Positions 1-17,264 of a stretch of 64,000 nt of DNA are shown one piece after another. This stretch comes from the human T2T-CHM13v2.0 reference genome, Homo sapiens. The stretch lies in the NCBI RefSeq assembly GCF_009914755.1, contig NC_060925.1. The stretch is one strand, 5' to 3'. The position numbers were made by a program, and so were the translations under genes. The notes beneath the pieces are model-generated. The model did not search any database and was not told where the DNA came from. It worked only from the letters and a program-made list of their open reading frames with translations. How positions within the stretch are numbered: position 1 is the stretch's first letter; each line of letters starts with the position of its first letter.

Positions 1-1498
1 CCCATCATCTACATTAGGTATTTCTCCTAATGCTGTCTCTCCCCTAGCCCCCCACCCCCCAACAGGCCCTGATGTGTGATGTTCCCCTCCCTGTATCCAT
101 GTGTTCTCGTTGTTCATCTCCCATTTATGAGTGAGAACATGCAGTATTTGGTTTTCTGTTCCTGTGTTACTTTGCTGAGAATGATAGTTTCCAGCGTCAT
201 CCATGTCCTTGCAAAGCACATGAACTCATTCTTTTTTTATGGCTGCATAGTATTCCATGGTGTATATGTGCCACATTTTCTTTATCCAGTCTATCATTGA
301 TGGACATTTGGGTTGGTTCCAAGTCTTTGCTATTGTGAATAGTGCTGCAGTAAACATATGTGTGCATGTATCTTTATAGTACAATGATTTATAACCATTT
401 GGGTATATACCCAGTAATGGGATTGCTGGGTCAAATGGTATCTCTGGTTCTAGATCCTTGAGGAATTGCCACACTGTCTTCCACAATGGTTGAACTAATT
501 TACACTTCCACCAACAGTGTAAAAGCGTTCTGATTGCTCCACATCCTCTCCAGCATCTGTTGTTTCCTGACTTTTTAATGATTGCCATTCTGACTGGTGT
601 GAGATGGTATTTCATTGTGGTTTTTGTTTGCATTTCTCTAATGACCAGTGATGATGAGCTTTTTTTCATATGTTTGTTGGCTGCATAAATGTCTTCTTTT
701 GAGAAGTGTCTGTTCATATCCTTTGCCCACTTTTTGATGGGGTTGTTTGTTTTTTTCTTGTAAATTTGTTTAAGTTCCTTGTAGATTCTGGATATTAGCC
801 CTTTTTCAGATGGATAGATTGCAAAATTTTCTCCCATTCTGTAGGTTGCCTGTTCACTCTGATGATAGTTTCTTTTGCTGTGCAGAAGCTCTTTAGTTTA
901 ATTAGATCCCATTTGTCAATTTTGGCTTTTGTTGCCATTGCTTTTGGTGTTTTAGTCATGAAGTCCTTGCCCATGCCTATGTTCTGAATGGTATTGCCTA
1001 GGTTTTCTTCTAGGGTTTTTATGGTTTTAGGTCTAACATTTAAGTCTTTAATCCATCTTGAGTTAATTTTTGTATAAGGCGTAAGGAAGGGGTCCAGTTT
1101 CAGCTTTCTACATATGGCTAGCCAGTTTTCCCAACACCATTTATTAAATAGAGACTCCTTTCTCCATTGCTTGTTTTTGCCAGGTTTGTCAAAGATGAGA
1201 TGGTTGTAGATGTGTGGCATTAGTTCTGAGGCCTCTGCTCTGTTCCATTGGTCTATATATCTGTTTTGGTACCAGTACCATGGTGTTTTGGTTACTGAAG
1301 CCTTATAGTATAGTTTGAAGTCAGGTAGTGTGATGCTTCCAGCTTTGTTCTTTTTGCTTAGGATTGTCTTGGCTATATGGGCTCTTTTTTGGATCCATGT
1401 GAAATTTAAAGTAGTTTTTTTCTAATTCTGTGAAGAAAGTCAATGGTAGCTTAATGGGGATAGCATTGAATCTATAAATTATTTTGGGCAATATGGCC
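1..1498 (-). mobile_element. 5'-truncated LINE-1 (older L1PA, roughly L1PA7/8-like): 3' part of ORF2 plus 3'UTR, running off the left window edge
   Basis: Minus-strand ORFs 226..837, 795..1220 and 1321..1509 translate to recognisable L1 ORF2p C-terminal sequence ([53 protein letters not shown]) split by frameshifts; L1 3'UTR at 1-225. Confidence 0.95.
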
Positions 1499-2559
1499 AG
1501 CACTATCATTTTTTAAACCATTTTCCCAAATGCATCATTTCATTCCCTATAAAACCTTAAAATGGTTGGGAGAAAGCAGGGTTTACTGCCCTTAAGCAGT
1601 CTGTTGTCCGGTCATGCTTACATAATGGCAGTGAAGTGTTAATTAGGTAACTATACTGTGTTTTATTTTCTTCATTGTAGTGTGTATCATTTTTTCTCCT
1701 TTAACTTGAGGGGAAATGTTCAAGTGTTGATTCAGACTCGTACCATCTCATTGCTCTAATACCTCTACCAAGTTCCTTTAAGACAGACCATAGGAACGGA
1801 GTGGTGAGCTGGTGGTTGATTTGTGGGTGGTGTCATGAAGTCACACAATGACTCAAAACAGATCACACACCAAGTCAAGGAGAAGCTGGGTCTGGCCCCT
1901 GGAGTGAGCTTTCCCCTGCCCTGGAATCCAGGGTATCACTGGCAGAAGGAGTTTTGCAAGAAACGGAAAGGACATTAGACTTGATTTCTAGGAAAAAGCA
2001 TGATTGGAAAAGTTGCCAGAAAGAAAGGCTTATAAAAACTGCTGAGCATAATAGAAAAGGCTTTTGAAATTTTGTTTTTATCCAGAAGTCTTCATTACAT
2101 GAAGAAGTTGATTCAAGATAAAAAAATCTTCTCCTGTGATTCTCATATTGCATTTATTCATGCTTACTTATTTCCTAATGTGTTCCAAAAAGGGGTTGCT
2201 GCAAGTCCGCTTTTCTACAAAACGGAGAAGGGAGAATTTAAAAAGAGGCAGGCCACTCTCAACCCAGGCAAGGCAGTGGTGAGCTCTGCTGAAGAAATAT
2301 GCAGATATGACTTCAGAGCTTTGCAGATAACAGCTGAGAAATCACAGAGAGCGACAGGCAGATAAGCAAGTTATGACACAGATAACATTCAAATACCCAT
2401 TTCTTAAAGAGATTATGCATATTTGAAATAGACGGAGGGATAAATTCCTACAGGAAGAACATATAAGAAATTAACATCATTCTACTTTTTAAAACAGAGC
2501 AACTAATTTGTAAGCTGAGGGACATCTGTGGATACAATGTATTGTCATTTCTGCCTGAC

Positions 2560-2790
2560 ATTCAGGAATGTGCATTCTGGCTATCTTGGTGGAGAAGAGT
2601 GTATAATATATGACTGGATGCTATTGTTGTCAGATGTACCCAGATTTGTTGAAACAAACAACATCCATTCTCAGCCTGTGGGATGGTCTCTGGTTGAGGC
2701 AGAGGACTCTGTCCTGGACCTTGACTTTGTCCTGTTCAAGAATTTTATCCTTGACTCATATGAAGAAAGAATATAGAATGAGAACTGTTC
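2560..2790 (+). mobile_element. Ancient CR1/L3 LINE reverse-transcriptase remnant
   Basis: ORF 2528..2776 ends EDSVLDLDFVLFKNFILDSYEE, resembling the CR1 RT motif QGSVLGPVLFNIFINDLDE. Confidence 0.5.
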
Positions 2791-3329
2791 GTGGGAAAAG
2801 ATCTGGGAGCCAAAAGATACAGCAGCTACAGACAATGAGAGTTCAGAGGCAGGCAAGGTCTAGATTGAGTGTAAAGAACTTGCCTGTGTGCTGTTGGGTC
2901 TGAGTCTGGAGTCGGTGGCAGACTTACCATTTAAGGAAGACATTGAGAGTCAGGGCTGTGGTCAAAGCAGGTCTTCAAGGTGGTTACAACACTGGAAAGT
3001 GAGCATTGCACAAAATTATGGGGTGATTTATGGAAGGGTAGAGAAGAGAGAGTTTTATTCAGATCTTGGAAGATATTTTATATAGAAGTGTGACTGAGTA
3101 GTTCTGAGTGGCACCAAAGGCCAGAAATAGTTCTCCAAACCCACTCTTCTTCACTCTTCACTCTCTCAGTTTATAGCAACTCCATTCTAACAGGCCTTCC
3201 TCTGAGCATCCTACAAAAAGATCAGCCCATCACTCTTTTTTTCTCCTTACCCATCTCCCTACTGTGTTTTTCTTCATAGCACATGTTAGCACTAAATAAC
3301 TCTGTGTACTTATTTTTAGGCAGCTTTTG

Positions 3330-3575
3330 AGAAGCAGTATAAGTTGGTGTATGATGCTAGGCTGTGGAGTCTGACTGCCTGGGTTCAAAGCCTAGTCCTG
3401 TTTCTTTCCTGTAACTTTAGGTACGTGTGTTAACCTCTCTGAACTCTATTTCCTCCTCTATGAAACAGGGGATAAGATAATAATTGTATCTACTTTGTAG
3501 GGTAGTGCAAGCACTAAATAAATTAATTCTTGCAAAGGACTTAGAAGAATTCCTCCCTAAGTACTCAGTAACCAT
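3330..3575 (+). mobile_element. MIR SINE
   Basis: MIR-type text: ggctgtggagtctgactgcctgggttcaaagcctag...taacctctctgaactctatttcctcctctatgaaacagggg. Confidence 0.75.
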
Positions 3576-3873
3576 AACTCAGGTGTTGACGAAGGGGCTG
3601 GTGGGTCCTTGATTGGGAGTGAGGTACAGTTTATCTCTGCTTTGGTTGGGATGTTGGACTGTCAAGATGCTCTGTAGTTTCTGAAGAGGGAAATGATCTT
3701 ATAAAGTGACCAAGGTCATCACTGGGCAAGAAGTGCAACTGAGGAACTATTGAGTCCACTGACCTTATAAGGTGCCAGGTCAGACTCTTCTGGGTTTAAA
3801 TAACAGAAATAGAATCTGGGGCTTGCAACTCCTTGGGAAGCTGAACAATCAGGCATGACAAGCATGCAGGAAT

Positions 3874-4581
3874 TGTTACAGTAAGTAGCTAGTCAGGTGT
3901 GAGCAGGGCAGGAGGTGGATCTGCCTAATAATGTGGGGCAACCATCAGGTGATGATCAGGTGGTTTTCAACTGTCTCTCTAAAATAATAATTGGTCACAG
4001 CCAGTGCCAGGGAAAGGCAGTCTCCCTATAGATAGAAAAAACCTGAAACTGGTGATCAGTAGCTTCCTGATAAAATTTCAGGAGTTGGGCGAGTGAGCTC
4101 AAGCATGTGCATTAAGAGGCAAAATGGTGGAGTTTAACTTGTATATGACCTTCTGTGGGCATTGCACCGGAATGGGAAGAACGCCTCAAGTGAGCATGTG
4201 TAAAGACACTGACGTTCCCCTCCCAAGCACTAGCAGGCCATTACACATGCAGAAAACCCACCCCAAAGGAAGAAGCAGGGAGAAGGGATGCAAGACCCCA
4301 GAAGTATGCCAACATATAAAACTCCAAGCCAAAACATCAAATCCCACACTTGTCCTCCAAGACACTCGCTTAGCCCTCTTCCAAGTGTACTTTACTTTCT
4401 TTTCATTCCTGCTCTAAAGCTTTTTAATTAACTCTCACTCATGCTCTAAAATTTGCCTCAGTTTCTTCTTCTGCCTTATGTCCCTCAGTCAATTTTTTTC
4501 TTCTGAGGAGGCAAGAATTGAGGTTGCTTCAGACTTGTACACATTCGCTGCCGGTAACTCAGATACCCATCACTGAAAACA
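3874..4581 (+). mobile_element. ERV1 solo LTR, MER50-like
   Basis: TG...CA termini, near-TSD GAAT (3870-3873) / GAAC (4582-4585), internal ctgtctctctaaaataataattggtcacagccagtgccagggaaaggcagtctccc matches recalled MER50. Confidence 0.85.
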
Positions 4582-4644
4582 GAACCGGGTTGGCTCCTGT
4601 GGGTCATGAGGCAGGAAACCAAGGTGCTTTTTTTCATAACTCAT

Positions 4645-4857
4645 AGCTTCATTGGACGACTACTCTCTAAGTCACTAGGTTGACTTATGGCTGAAAGAAA
4701 TCTGTATCTGGCACCATCTGGTGTTTGAAGGAAAGGAAGTGCTGCTGTCAGCATTTGTTCCAACACTTCACCTTATCATGACACTAAGAAAACCTCAAGC
4801 TGGCAATGACATCCAAAGGGGTAGAAGCAGTTTTCTAAATGGTACTGGTATCTCTAC
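4645..4857 (+). repeat. Copy 1 of a local direct duplication (partner 7329-7539)
   Basis: Manual alignment: about 10 substitutions plus one 2-nt indel over about 212 bp. Confidence 0.95.
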
Positions 4858-4969
4858 TGGCATCTCTGGAAGAAAGAGTTCAGTTGGCTCCTGTAGTATG
4901 TAGGAGGCAGACTCTCTCTTACCAAGATTCACAAAAATGAGAAATTCTTCCAAATAGAATGTGGGTTTC

Positions 4970-5332
4970 TGTTATGGTTTGAATACGTCGCTTTCAAAAT
5001 TCAAGTGGTGCCAATATGACAGTATTAGGCGATGGGAGCCTTTCAGAGGTGATTAGGCCATAAGGGCTCCTCTGTCATTCATGGGATCAAGGCACTTATT
5101 AAAGAGGCTTCTGCCAGCATTCAGTTGGCTTGCTAACCTGCTCTTCGGCTCTCTCTTGCCCTCCCACCTTCTGCCATGTGAGGTTGCAGCAAGAAGGTCC
5201 TCACCAGACCAAATACCAGGATTTTGATCTTGGACTTTCCAGTCTCCAGAACTGTGAGAAAATAAATTTCTGTTCTTTATAAATTACCAAGTCTCAGGTA
5301 TTTAGTTTTAGCAGCACAAATGGACTAAGACA
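4970..5332 (+). mobile_element. ERVL-MaLR solo LTR (MSTC/MSTD-like)
   Basis: Starts tgttatggtttgaat, contains ttggactttccagtctccagaactgtgagaaaataaatttctgttctttataaattacc, ends ggactaagaca. Confidence 0.85.
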
Positions 5333-5639
5333 GTTAGTTGCTGGCCAGCTGGACAGTGTGGCAGAAGTCCCCTGTGTACTGCCCCACTTCCCCACCACAT
5401 GAATGCTCATATTCCCATTGAGCTCCAGGTGTTGGGAGGACAGGCTTGCCCTGCAGATCTGGCTCATACTGTGGATTTGCGCTCAGTCCCCATTCAGCAG
5501 CTTCTCTTTTTGCTAGTTCTTCAACTCCCAGTTATGCTGGTTGGTGATATGTAATGTGTCACTTTGCTGGCACGAGATTATTTAGTTTTCATGGTAGCCT
5601 TAATAATCTTGTGACACCAATTACTGTTCTATAATGGTA

Positions 5640-5900
5640 AGAAAAATAATGGCTACCATGTTAAAAAATGTATCAGATACCAAGCATGGTACCTGGCTGT
5701 TTACATGTGATATTTCTTTTAATCTTCATTTCCTTGAGGAAGATATAATTTTTTCCATTTTGTAAGTGAGGAAACGGAGGTCAGTAATCATTAAGTAACT
5801 TTCCCAAGGTCCCAGAGCAAGGAAGAGTAGGAGCTTGGATTTCTAAGCCTTTGTCTGACTCCAGAGCCTGAGCTCTAAACACTGTACTATATTCTCCCAT
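5640..5900 (-). mobile_element. MIR SINE
   Basis: ccattttgtaagtgaggaaacggaggtcag...taagtaactttcccaaggtcccagagc is the reverse MIR core. Confidence 0.7.
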
Positions 5901-6512
5901 CATGCAGATGGGAAAAAGAAAGGTGAATTTCACCATTACCTTTGTAAAATGCCAATAGTAGATTCCTTAGGCTAGAGCTTGCTCTTCTCTAACTCACTGT
6001 AATGTTTACTTTTGAAGTAGAGAAACTCCGTAAGCATGAAACCAATGTAAGCTTGCCCTCCAGCACAGCCACATAGATACGCTCAAACCACACCAGGCAG
6101 ACATAAGCCACCCAGTCAAGGTGGACTGTGAGAGGGGCAGGTGGCAGTGTCAGCTCTAATATCTTGTCCTGGCCACAGTCTTTCTTTCCCTACCTGGAAG
6201 AACATGCAATGCATTGCCCGCTTCCTTTCCCCTGTCTTGCTTGTCTTGGTTTTTCTCTTCTCCTCCCTTTCCCTCTCCCTCTCCTCTTCTCTCTTTTCTT
6301 CCCTTTTTTCTTCTCTCTCCCTCTTGCTTTCTTTCCTTTCTAGCTTAACAATATTCCCCACCTTATCCCCTGGAATTTTGCCCAGGTACTTTAGAAGAAT
6401 CTCCCTCCTTTACTTCCTTTTCTTTTTTCCTCCTTTATCTCTTTTATTTGTTTAGTCCATTTGTAGACCATTTTTTAAATTATCATTGATAAATGCATGA
6501 ATATTGCCATCA

Positions 6513-6914
<402 letters not shown>

Positions 6915-7328
6915 GAAAATCCACACAAGTTTTTAGATACATCTGAATACAATTTTAATGAAAACTGCTTTTTTCTCAAGCACTGAAATGAGTAAAAACA
7001 TTTAGTGATGGGCAGTCGGCTAAGACTGGGAAAGCAGAAAAATAATTAAATAAGAAAAAAATCATGCACTCAAAGAACTCCCTATCTAGTTTTACCCATT
7101 ATTTAAAATCATCTTTGACATTCATTCCTAGTATCAGAGTTATTTGTCTCTCCCTACTAGGTGACTTTTCTTTCAACTACATTTTGGATGGGAATTTTTG
7201 CAGGTGGTTTTGGAACGCAGCCACCTTTTATAAAAACAATTCTATGGGAAAATGCATTTTTAAGTTCACAGAAATGGACTTGGACACGAGTGGAACACAA
7301 TCCCTTTGTACATGAAGGCTGCTCTGTG

Positions 7329-7539
7329 AGCTTCATTGGACGACTACTCTCTGTCACTAGGTTGACTTACGGCTGAAAGAAATCTGTATCTGGCACCACC
7401 TGGTGTTTGAAGGAAAGGAAGTGCTGCTGTCAGCATTTGTCCCAACCTTTCACCTTATCATGACACTAAGAAAACTCCAAGCTGGCAATGACATCCACAG
7501 GGGTAGAAGCAGTTTTCTAAATGGGACTGGTATTTCTAC
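7329..7539 (+). repeat. Copy 2 of the local direct duplication (partner 4645-4857)
   Basis: Same sequence as 4645-4857 at about 94-95% identity; flanks unrelated. Confidence 0.95.
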
Positions 7540-8951
7540 CAGCCATTCAGTTTGATCTTTGGGTTTTAGCTTTATGTCTGTCCTCTTGTTACAGCCCTTC
7601 CCTGCCACCTTTCCTGGCTCCTGCCACTCTGTGACACTTTCCTCTACCACGAGTGGGTCACTTTATCCACAGAAATCATGTGGTGGCCTGGGAATGCTGT
7701 AGCTGTGGAGTGGCCGGCAGGGGAAGGGAGACGAGGGCCCCTGAGAATCTTGGTTGTGCACTGACAGCAATTGGAGCAGGGTGAAATAGATAAGGGCCAT
7801 GAGAGGGCTGTGTCAGCTGTGGCTAGCACTGTTAGGATGGTAATGATGATGATGATGCCAGATGGAAAGCTTGGGCAGGGAAAGAATGGAGGAAAGGAAA
7901 GAGGGGAGCGTCAGATTCTTCTGTTACTGGAAGGCTCGTGAAAGAAACAGCAGTACTGGGTATTTCATAATACATGCCACTGGGTGAGAAAATGAGTTTC
8001 CTGAAATTATTATTTTAAAAATGGCAGTAAAGAGAGTCTACTTAAGTAAAATTAGTCATGAAAAGTATGGGGTCCACAAATCTGGAGGTAGATTTAAATC
8101 AGGCAGAGGGCCCAAAAGAGGATGGGGCAGTTTGATAGATTATTCTCTTTACATTTCCTCTAAGCTTTGATTTTTTTCAAAACATCAATGCTGTGACCAT
8201 GGACTTATGGAGATGAGGTTGGGAGGTGGTAAGGAGAGGAGAGCTCAGAATGTGTAGATCTCTTAGCTGAAAGAGCTGCTGGTGTACAAGGGAGGTGACT
8301 GCATAGTTATTTATGAGACCATCGGCAAACTCGGAGGCATCTTGTTTTTTGAAAACTATCTTCAGGAAAACCAGGGCTCCCTAAATATTATGGCACATAG
8401 CACCATTTTCTGAACACTTATGAATGCTCGGAAGATATATAATTCTGTCAGAGAGTTACTTATTTAGCCAACCTGTGTTTACTCAATACAATTCTCTGGC
8501 TAACAGAATAGGAGGCAGGGGGTGAGAGAAAGGTGTAAAAATAAAGATAGGGCCCCTTTCTTGAGAAGCACATATTCCTTATGAAAAGACGATACTAATA
8601 CGTAGGGATCAATGAAGGCAAGATTGGAGGCAATACATAAGGCAATATGGTACCATGTATAAAACCTGTAAATGGAGACCAACGGGGAAGGCCAAAGCCC
8701 CCTGGGTGGGCTGGCTGAGGAAAGTGGCATGAAGGAGTTGGGATTTGAGTTGGATCTTGAAAAGTGGGAGGATGTCAGGTTGGCAGAGGGGAAGGAAGTC
8801 ACTGTCGGTAGAAGAATAACCAGCTGATGAGGGAATAGGGAATAGATGTACTGAATTGGCACAAAGGGCAAGATTTGAACTGAGTGGAAGTTGGGAGTTA
8901 GGGACAGGCCAAAGTGAGAGTACACAATCCTATTAGCCAGTGTTGTGTTGA

Positions 8952-9248
8952 TTTTTTTTTGTTTTTTGAGACAGGGTGTTGCTCTGTCACCCAGGCTAGA
9001 GTGTGGTGGCATGACCATGGTTCACTGCAACATTGACCTCCTGGGCTTAAGTGATCCTCCCACCTCAGCCTCCTGAGCAGCTGGGACCACAGGCGCATGA
9101 CACCATGCCTGGGTAATTAAAAAATTTTTGTGGAGAAGGGGTCCCACTACATTGCTTAGGCTATTCTTAAACTCCTGGACTCGAGCGATCCTCCCACCTT
9201 GGGCTCCCCAGGTGCTGAGATTACAGGAGTGAGCCACTGCTTCTGGCT
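8952..9248 (-). mobile_element. AluJ
   Basis: T-tract then gagacagggtgttgctctgtcacccaggct...; diverged AluJ-type arms. Confidence 0.88.
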
Positions 9249-9769
9249 GATTCTTGATTCCACAGGTGATGGGGAGCCACTGCAGATGTTTGGAAAGGAG
9301 GAATGACATGACTTGAATCATAGACACACTTCATTAGAGTTGGAAGAATCCTTAGAGAGCATAAAACTCAAATCCTTCATTGCATATGTGAGGAAACTGA
9401 GGCCCAGAGAGCAAAGATGATTTGTTGAAGGTTGTCCAGCAAGTTAGTGGCAAGGCCAGGTCTCTGATACCACCTAGCAGTCCAGAGGCCCTTCCCTAAT
9501 GTTTCAGGGTCCTGTGCTCTTTGGCATATTCCAGTCTTGAGGACAGAGTCCAGGTCTGCTCATGGTTGCTGTCTTCTGCTGACCCAGACTCTGCCTCTGC
9601 CTCTTCCCTGCCACAGTCCCTGTTTTCTATCTAAGATTTGGACATCCTTGTGAGAGAAGCAGCTTCCTTTTGGTGCAGAGAGCTAATTCCAAACAATGAT
9701 TGTATTCAGAATGACTGGGGAGTTGGAAATACGGCTGATGAGTAATCTATCATACAGCTTGGACATTTG

Positions 9770-10200
9770 TTCTTTCATCAAATATTTACTGAGCACCTAG
9801 TAGGTAACAGGCACTGTGCAACATGCTGAGAAGACAACTGGGTTTTTAGGCTAGTGGAAAAAAGAGAATGAGAACATAGCTTAGGAAGTGACATGGGTAC
9901 AGAGAGCACTGACCCAGTGTGGAGCAGGGGTTGGGAAGGCAAGGAGCAGTTGGGCAGGCAAAGAGATAATGGGGAAGGAAGGAGGGAGAAAGAGAGAAAG
10001 GGAAGAGAGAGGGAGAGAGAGAGAGAGAGAGGTGATTTCAGGGTTTGCACGAGGCTCAGTGTGTCTGAAGCAGTGTGTGCTGGCTTGGGAGACTGGGAGA
10101 TGGGGCTGGAAAGGTAAGTGGAACAGACTGTAAAGTCTTTTATCGACCATTTAAGAAGCTTGGATTTTAAATAGCAAAGAGTGGGGAACAACAAGTGTTT
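9770..10200 (-). mobile_element. L2 LINE 3' fragment containing a GA-rich simple repeat
   Basis: catcaaatatttactgagcacctagtaggtaacaggcactgtgc is the reverse L2 3' end; (GA)n near 10000-10030. Confidence 0.6.
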
Positions 10201-10458
10201 ACAGATGTCTACTCTATCCCAGATATTGTCCTAAGCCTACTACTAACCTCAATCAGTTTTTAAAGCAACTCTAAGAGACTGGGGCTATTATTATTCCCCT
10301 TTTACAGATGAGAAACCTGTGCTAGAAATGAGAGTCAGGATTGAAACCAGGTAGTCCAGCTTCAGAGACCATGCTTTTTAGCACAGCCCCTGGCCTTTGT
10401 GGCCTCATTTAAGGGTTTCAGCAGAGAAAGGACATGGCCAGATAGAAATATTGGAATG

Positions 10459-13820
<3,362 letters not shown>

Positions 13821-15046
13821 GAAATGTTAGAATGACCACTCTGGCCACAGTGAGGGAAGACCTGGGCCAGGTAAGGAAAATGAGCTGTGAAGAGCTGCCC
13901 TTGAAAAGGGTGGGGCTGTAAGAAGAAAATCATTATCTTCAGCAAACTGGAAGACGCTGCTATCTCTGATTCTGGAAGTGGCAGTTGCTTCCTTCACAGT
14001 GCGGTCAGGAGAGCCTTATGCACACTGAGGCTTTTTAGCTGCTGGAATAGATGCACATTTGTGGGTGTTTAGGAGAAAGTCACAGAGCTGACTGAGGAAA
14101 TGGAGGAGGGACGATGACAGTCAGAATTATGTATGACTGAGCCAAGTGCCTCCCGAGGGCTACAGTGGAAAGCACTGGAAAAAGTCAGATGGACAGAAAG
14201 CAGGAGGGCGTGGGGCACAGGAGGAAGGTGCAGCACCAGTCTACACACCCTTGATGGCAGAGAACTCTGTCAGTATGCCCCATGCAGGAGCATCGTTCCC
14301 CTTAAGGCAGAATAGGGAAGAGAGGCAACATCTTGGGTGGACATTAGGAAACACCCCCAGCAGCAAGGGGATGCGGGGAGATGATGACCCCTGAGTGTCC
14401 AATCAGCTCCTCTGTCAGGCGTGAGTCAGCCTCAAAGAGGAGCTTCCCAAGCTCAGCTCTGGATTCTGGCCATACAGAGGTGGCCTGGCCCCTCACTCAT
14501 GGCTCTGCTCCTGGGGCAGAGCCTCTAGGGAGAATAACGCAGAGAGGCAATGGGCTGGGAGAAGGAAGGAATTCTGCAACTGGGGATGACGTGCCAGTGT
14601 TCAGCTTTGCCTTTTCAGCGATAAGGCCTGTCTGTTGCTGAAGGGTGAGAAGATAAAGGAATAATGGCCACTGGGCCTGACCCAGGAAGATCCTGTTCTT
14701 CACCCTTCACAGCCTAAATTACTAACACCTAACACAAGGCTTAGCATGCAATTCATGCTCAAAATGCCTGCAGTGCACATCAGGAAGTCCTGCAAAATCA
14801 GATTGATAGCTGGAAATAGTGACGGCATGAGGGACCGACAGATAGGAGAGGTCAAAAGTGTATATAGAGTTTTGCGTTTTGCAAACCCAGACTGGGGAAG
14901 AGTTGAGTGGGCATCAGTCTCGCTCTGGAGTGGGACAGTGGCTTCTGAGACAGGACACTTCCTTTATAATAAGGAAGCCTCTGAGACACTCCTCTTTTGA
15001 AAACAGAGAGAAGGGACTTGCTTATTGGGTTAAAAGCTCATCTTGT

Positions 15047-15450
15047 TCCAAGTCTTTGCTATTGTGAATAGTGCCACAATAAACATACATGTGCATGTGT
15101 CTTTATAGCCATAAAAAATGATGAGTTCATGTCCTTTGTAGGGACATAGATGAAGCTGGAAACCATCATTCTCAGCAAACTATCGCAAGGACAAAAAACC
15201 AAACACCGCATGTTCTCATTCATAGGTGGGAATTGAACAATGGGAACACATGGACACAGGAAGGGGAACATCACAAACCGGGGACTGTTGTGGGATGGGG
15301 GGAGGGGGGAGGGATAGCATTAGGAGATATATCTAATGCTAAATGACGAGTTAATGGGTGCAGCACACCATCATGGCACATGTATACATATGTAACAAAC
15401 CTGCACGTTGTGCACATGTACCCTAGAACTTAAAGTATAATTTTAAAAAA
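15047..15450 (+). mobile_element. Short L1PA (about L1PA4/5-like) with 5' inversion
   Basis: 15047-15108 is minus-strand L1; 15107-15450 is plus-strand L1 ORF2 end, 3'UTR and poly(A). Perfect 15-bp TSD AAAAGCTCATCTTGT at 15032-15046 and 15451-15465 with a TT/AAAA endonuclease site. Confidence 0.93.
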
Positions 15451-17264
15451 AAAAGCTCATCTTGTAAGAAAACCCAGGTTGGCTGTGGACTTTTCATGGG
15501 GAGGATGCTGCAGCCTGCCTCCCTCCTGCTGCAGGCTGACTCATTCCCTTCTAGACAGACAGATTGTGTCCTGCGTGGGAGTCGCGATGCAGAGACCAAA
15601 GCTGTTCCCTGAGAGTTACAGGAATTACAACCTGCTGAAGGGAATAATTGTTCTAAATATGTTCTTTTTTAGTATATGTGCGCTGAAGCGAGCACTAAAT
15701 ATCTTCTTTTAATGAGACTTTATTTTTATTATTATTTTATTAATGGAGTCCTAAGAGGAAACAGCAAGAACCACTGTCTTTAGAAAACCATTTGCTTTTC
15801 TCTTTGGAGGTGTTTGGTCAATTGGCTCTGAATTCTAAACCCTCCAGTCAGGTCAGGCCTGACTTTTAGTGCCCCTGTGTTTGGAGAAAATCCTGGGCTA
15901 AAATCCCCCAATAAGGCTGCTGCCTTGGGATCAGAGTCTCTGGGTGATCTCCCCTGGTACATAGCATCACCTAGGGATCTAATGCTTAGCAAGGACCTGA
16001 AGAAGCATTACTGGTTCATTATGGTTAGGACCTGTCAGAACAGAGCTGACGGCTGTCAAGGCCTCCAGGGCAAAGAAAAGAGCACATATCATACATGTTA
16101 TTTTTCCATGTGCCCAGGCAGAAAGCTCACCTCCCCAGGAGGAAGCTGGGCTGGCAGAGGTCCTCATTGCTTGTGTGTGGCACCTCCTAACGTCAGATGA
16201 TTGCTTTTGGTTCTGTTCTGCTAGAGATGTGGCAAGAGCTAAATTTTTAAACATTCCTAGTTTGCAAAGCTTGGGTACTGTGCCTGGTGGTTGCTGATAA
16301 TGCAGGAGACATCCAGGCCAATTTTTACTAAGTGAATATGAACAAGAGAGGGCCCTGAACAGCAAGATCTCCACTGGGGGTCATCAGGAGGTAGGCTGCA
16401 CACAGTGCCCAGCTGGCTTGTTAATCCAGCGCAATTTAACAACTGTCTGCCGAGTGCCTGTTGAAGGCCTGGGGCGGGAAGGTGAAAGGTAGGCCCACCT
16501 CAAGTTGCTCGTGGATAGCAAATTCTTCTTTGATAAAAGTGCTGAGAACTCAGCTTTATCATGTATAAAATGGAAGTATAGAAACCTAATGGTGTCCTTG
16601 GGAGAATTTAAAGGTACAATGCATGTAAAGTATGTTATACATGCCTAGCCCATAGTAGGTGCACATTATTTGTTGAAGGGATAAATGAATGAAAGTGAAT
16701 CAAAGGAACAAATATGAGTCAAGCATGCATATTGTGCTGATAGGTAGTAAGTCTGAGCTAGTATTTTAACCCACTTCCAGGTGGGGGAAGGTGCAGGTTA
16801 ATTTGGGATGGGCTGACCTATTACATAAGTCAGAGAGTGTGAAGGCTGAGAGCTGATGATCAGAAATGGGTCTCAGAGTGTTGGGTTGAGTTGGAGGCAC
16901 ACAGCCAAAGTGTTATCGGACCAAGGGGGCTTTGGGAGATTCTTGGGAGCCAGGGCCCAGCATTAGTGGTGATCAGAAAGGCAGGGCCAGATCAAGGGTG
17001 TGCAGACAGAATGGGCAAATGAACAGTAAATTTGGAGGCCTGGGGCCCTCCCTGCTGCTGGAGAAGTGTTTGCACGGGTGGGCCTTGTCTTTGAAAGGAG
17101 GTGGAGAAAGGAAGCTCCTTCTATGAGGCACTTAGATTCATTTCTATCTTCCTAGCCTGAGCACAGAGAAGTATTATATTAATACATACTGGTTTAAAGG
17201 TTGTTTCTCTTTCCACTGCTTCCACCAGTTTACAGCTTAGCCTAAGAGATAAGGGTGTAGACTG

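Noticed and set aside
226-1509. L1 ORF2 fragments as active coding sequence
   Set aside because: Frameshifted, 5'-truncated, and lacking ORF1 and the endonuclease and RT core.
6116-6455. Glu/Arg/Lys-rich and Ser/Leu/Phe-rich ORFs (also 9778-10194 and 36450-36809)
   Set aside because: Artefacts of polypurine/polypyrimidine simple repeats.
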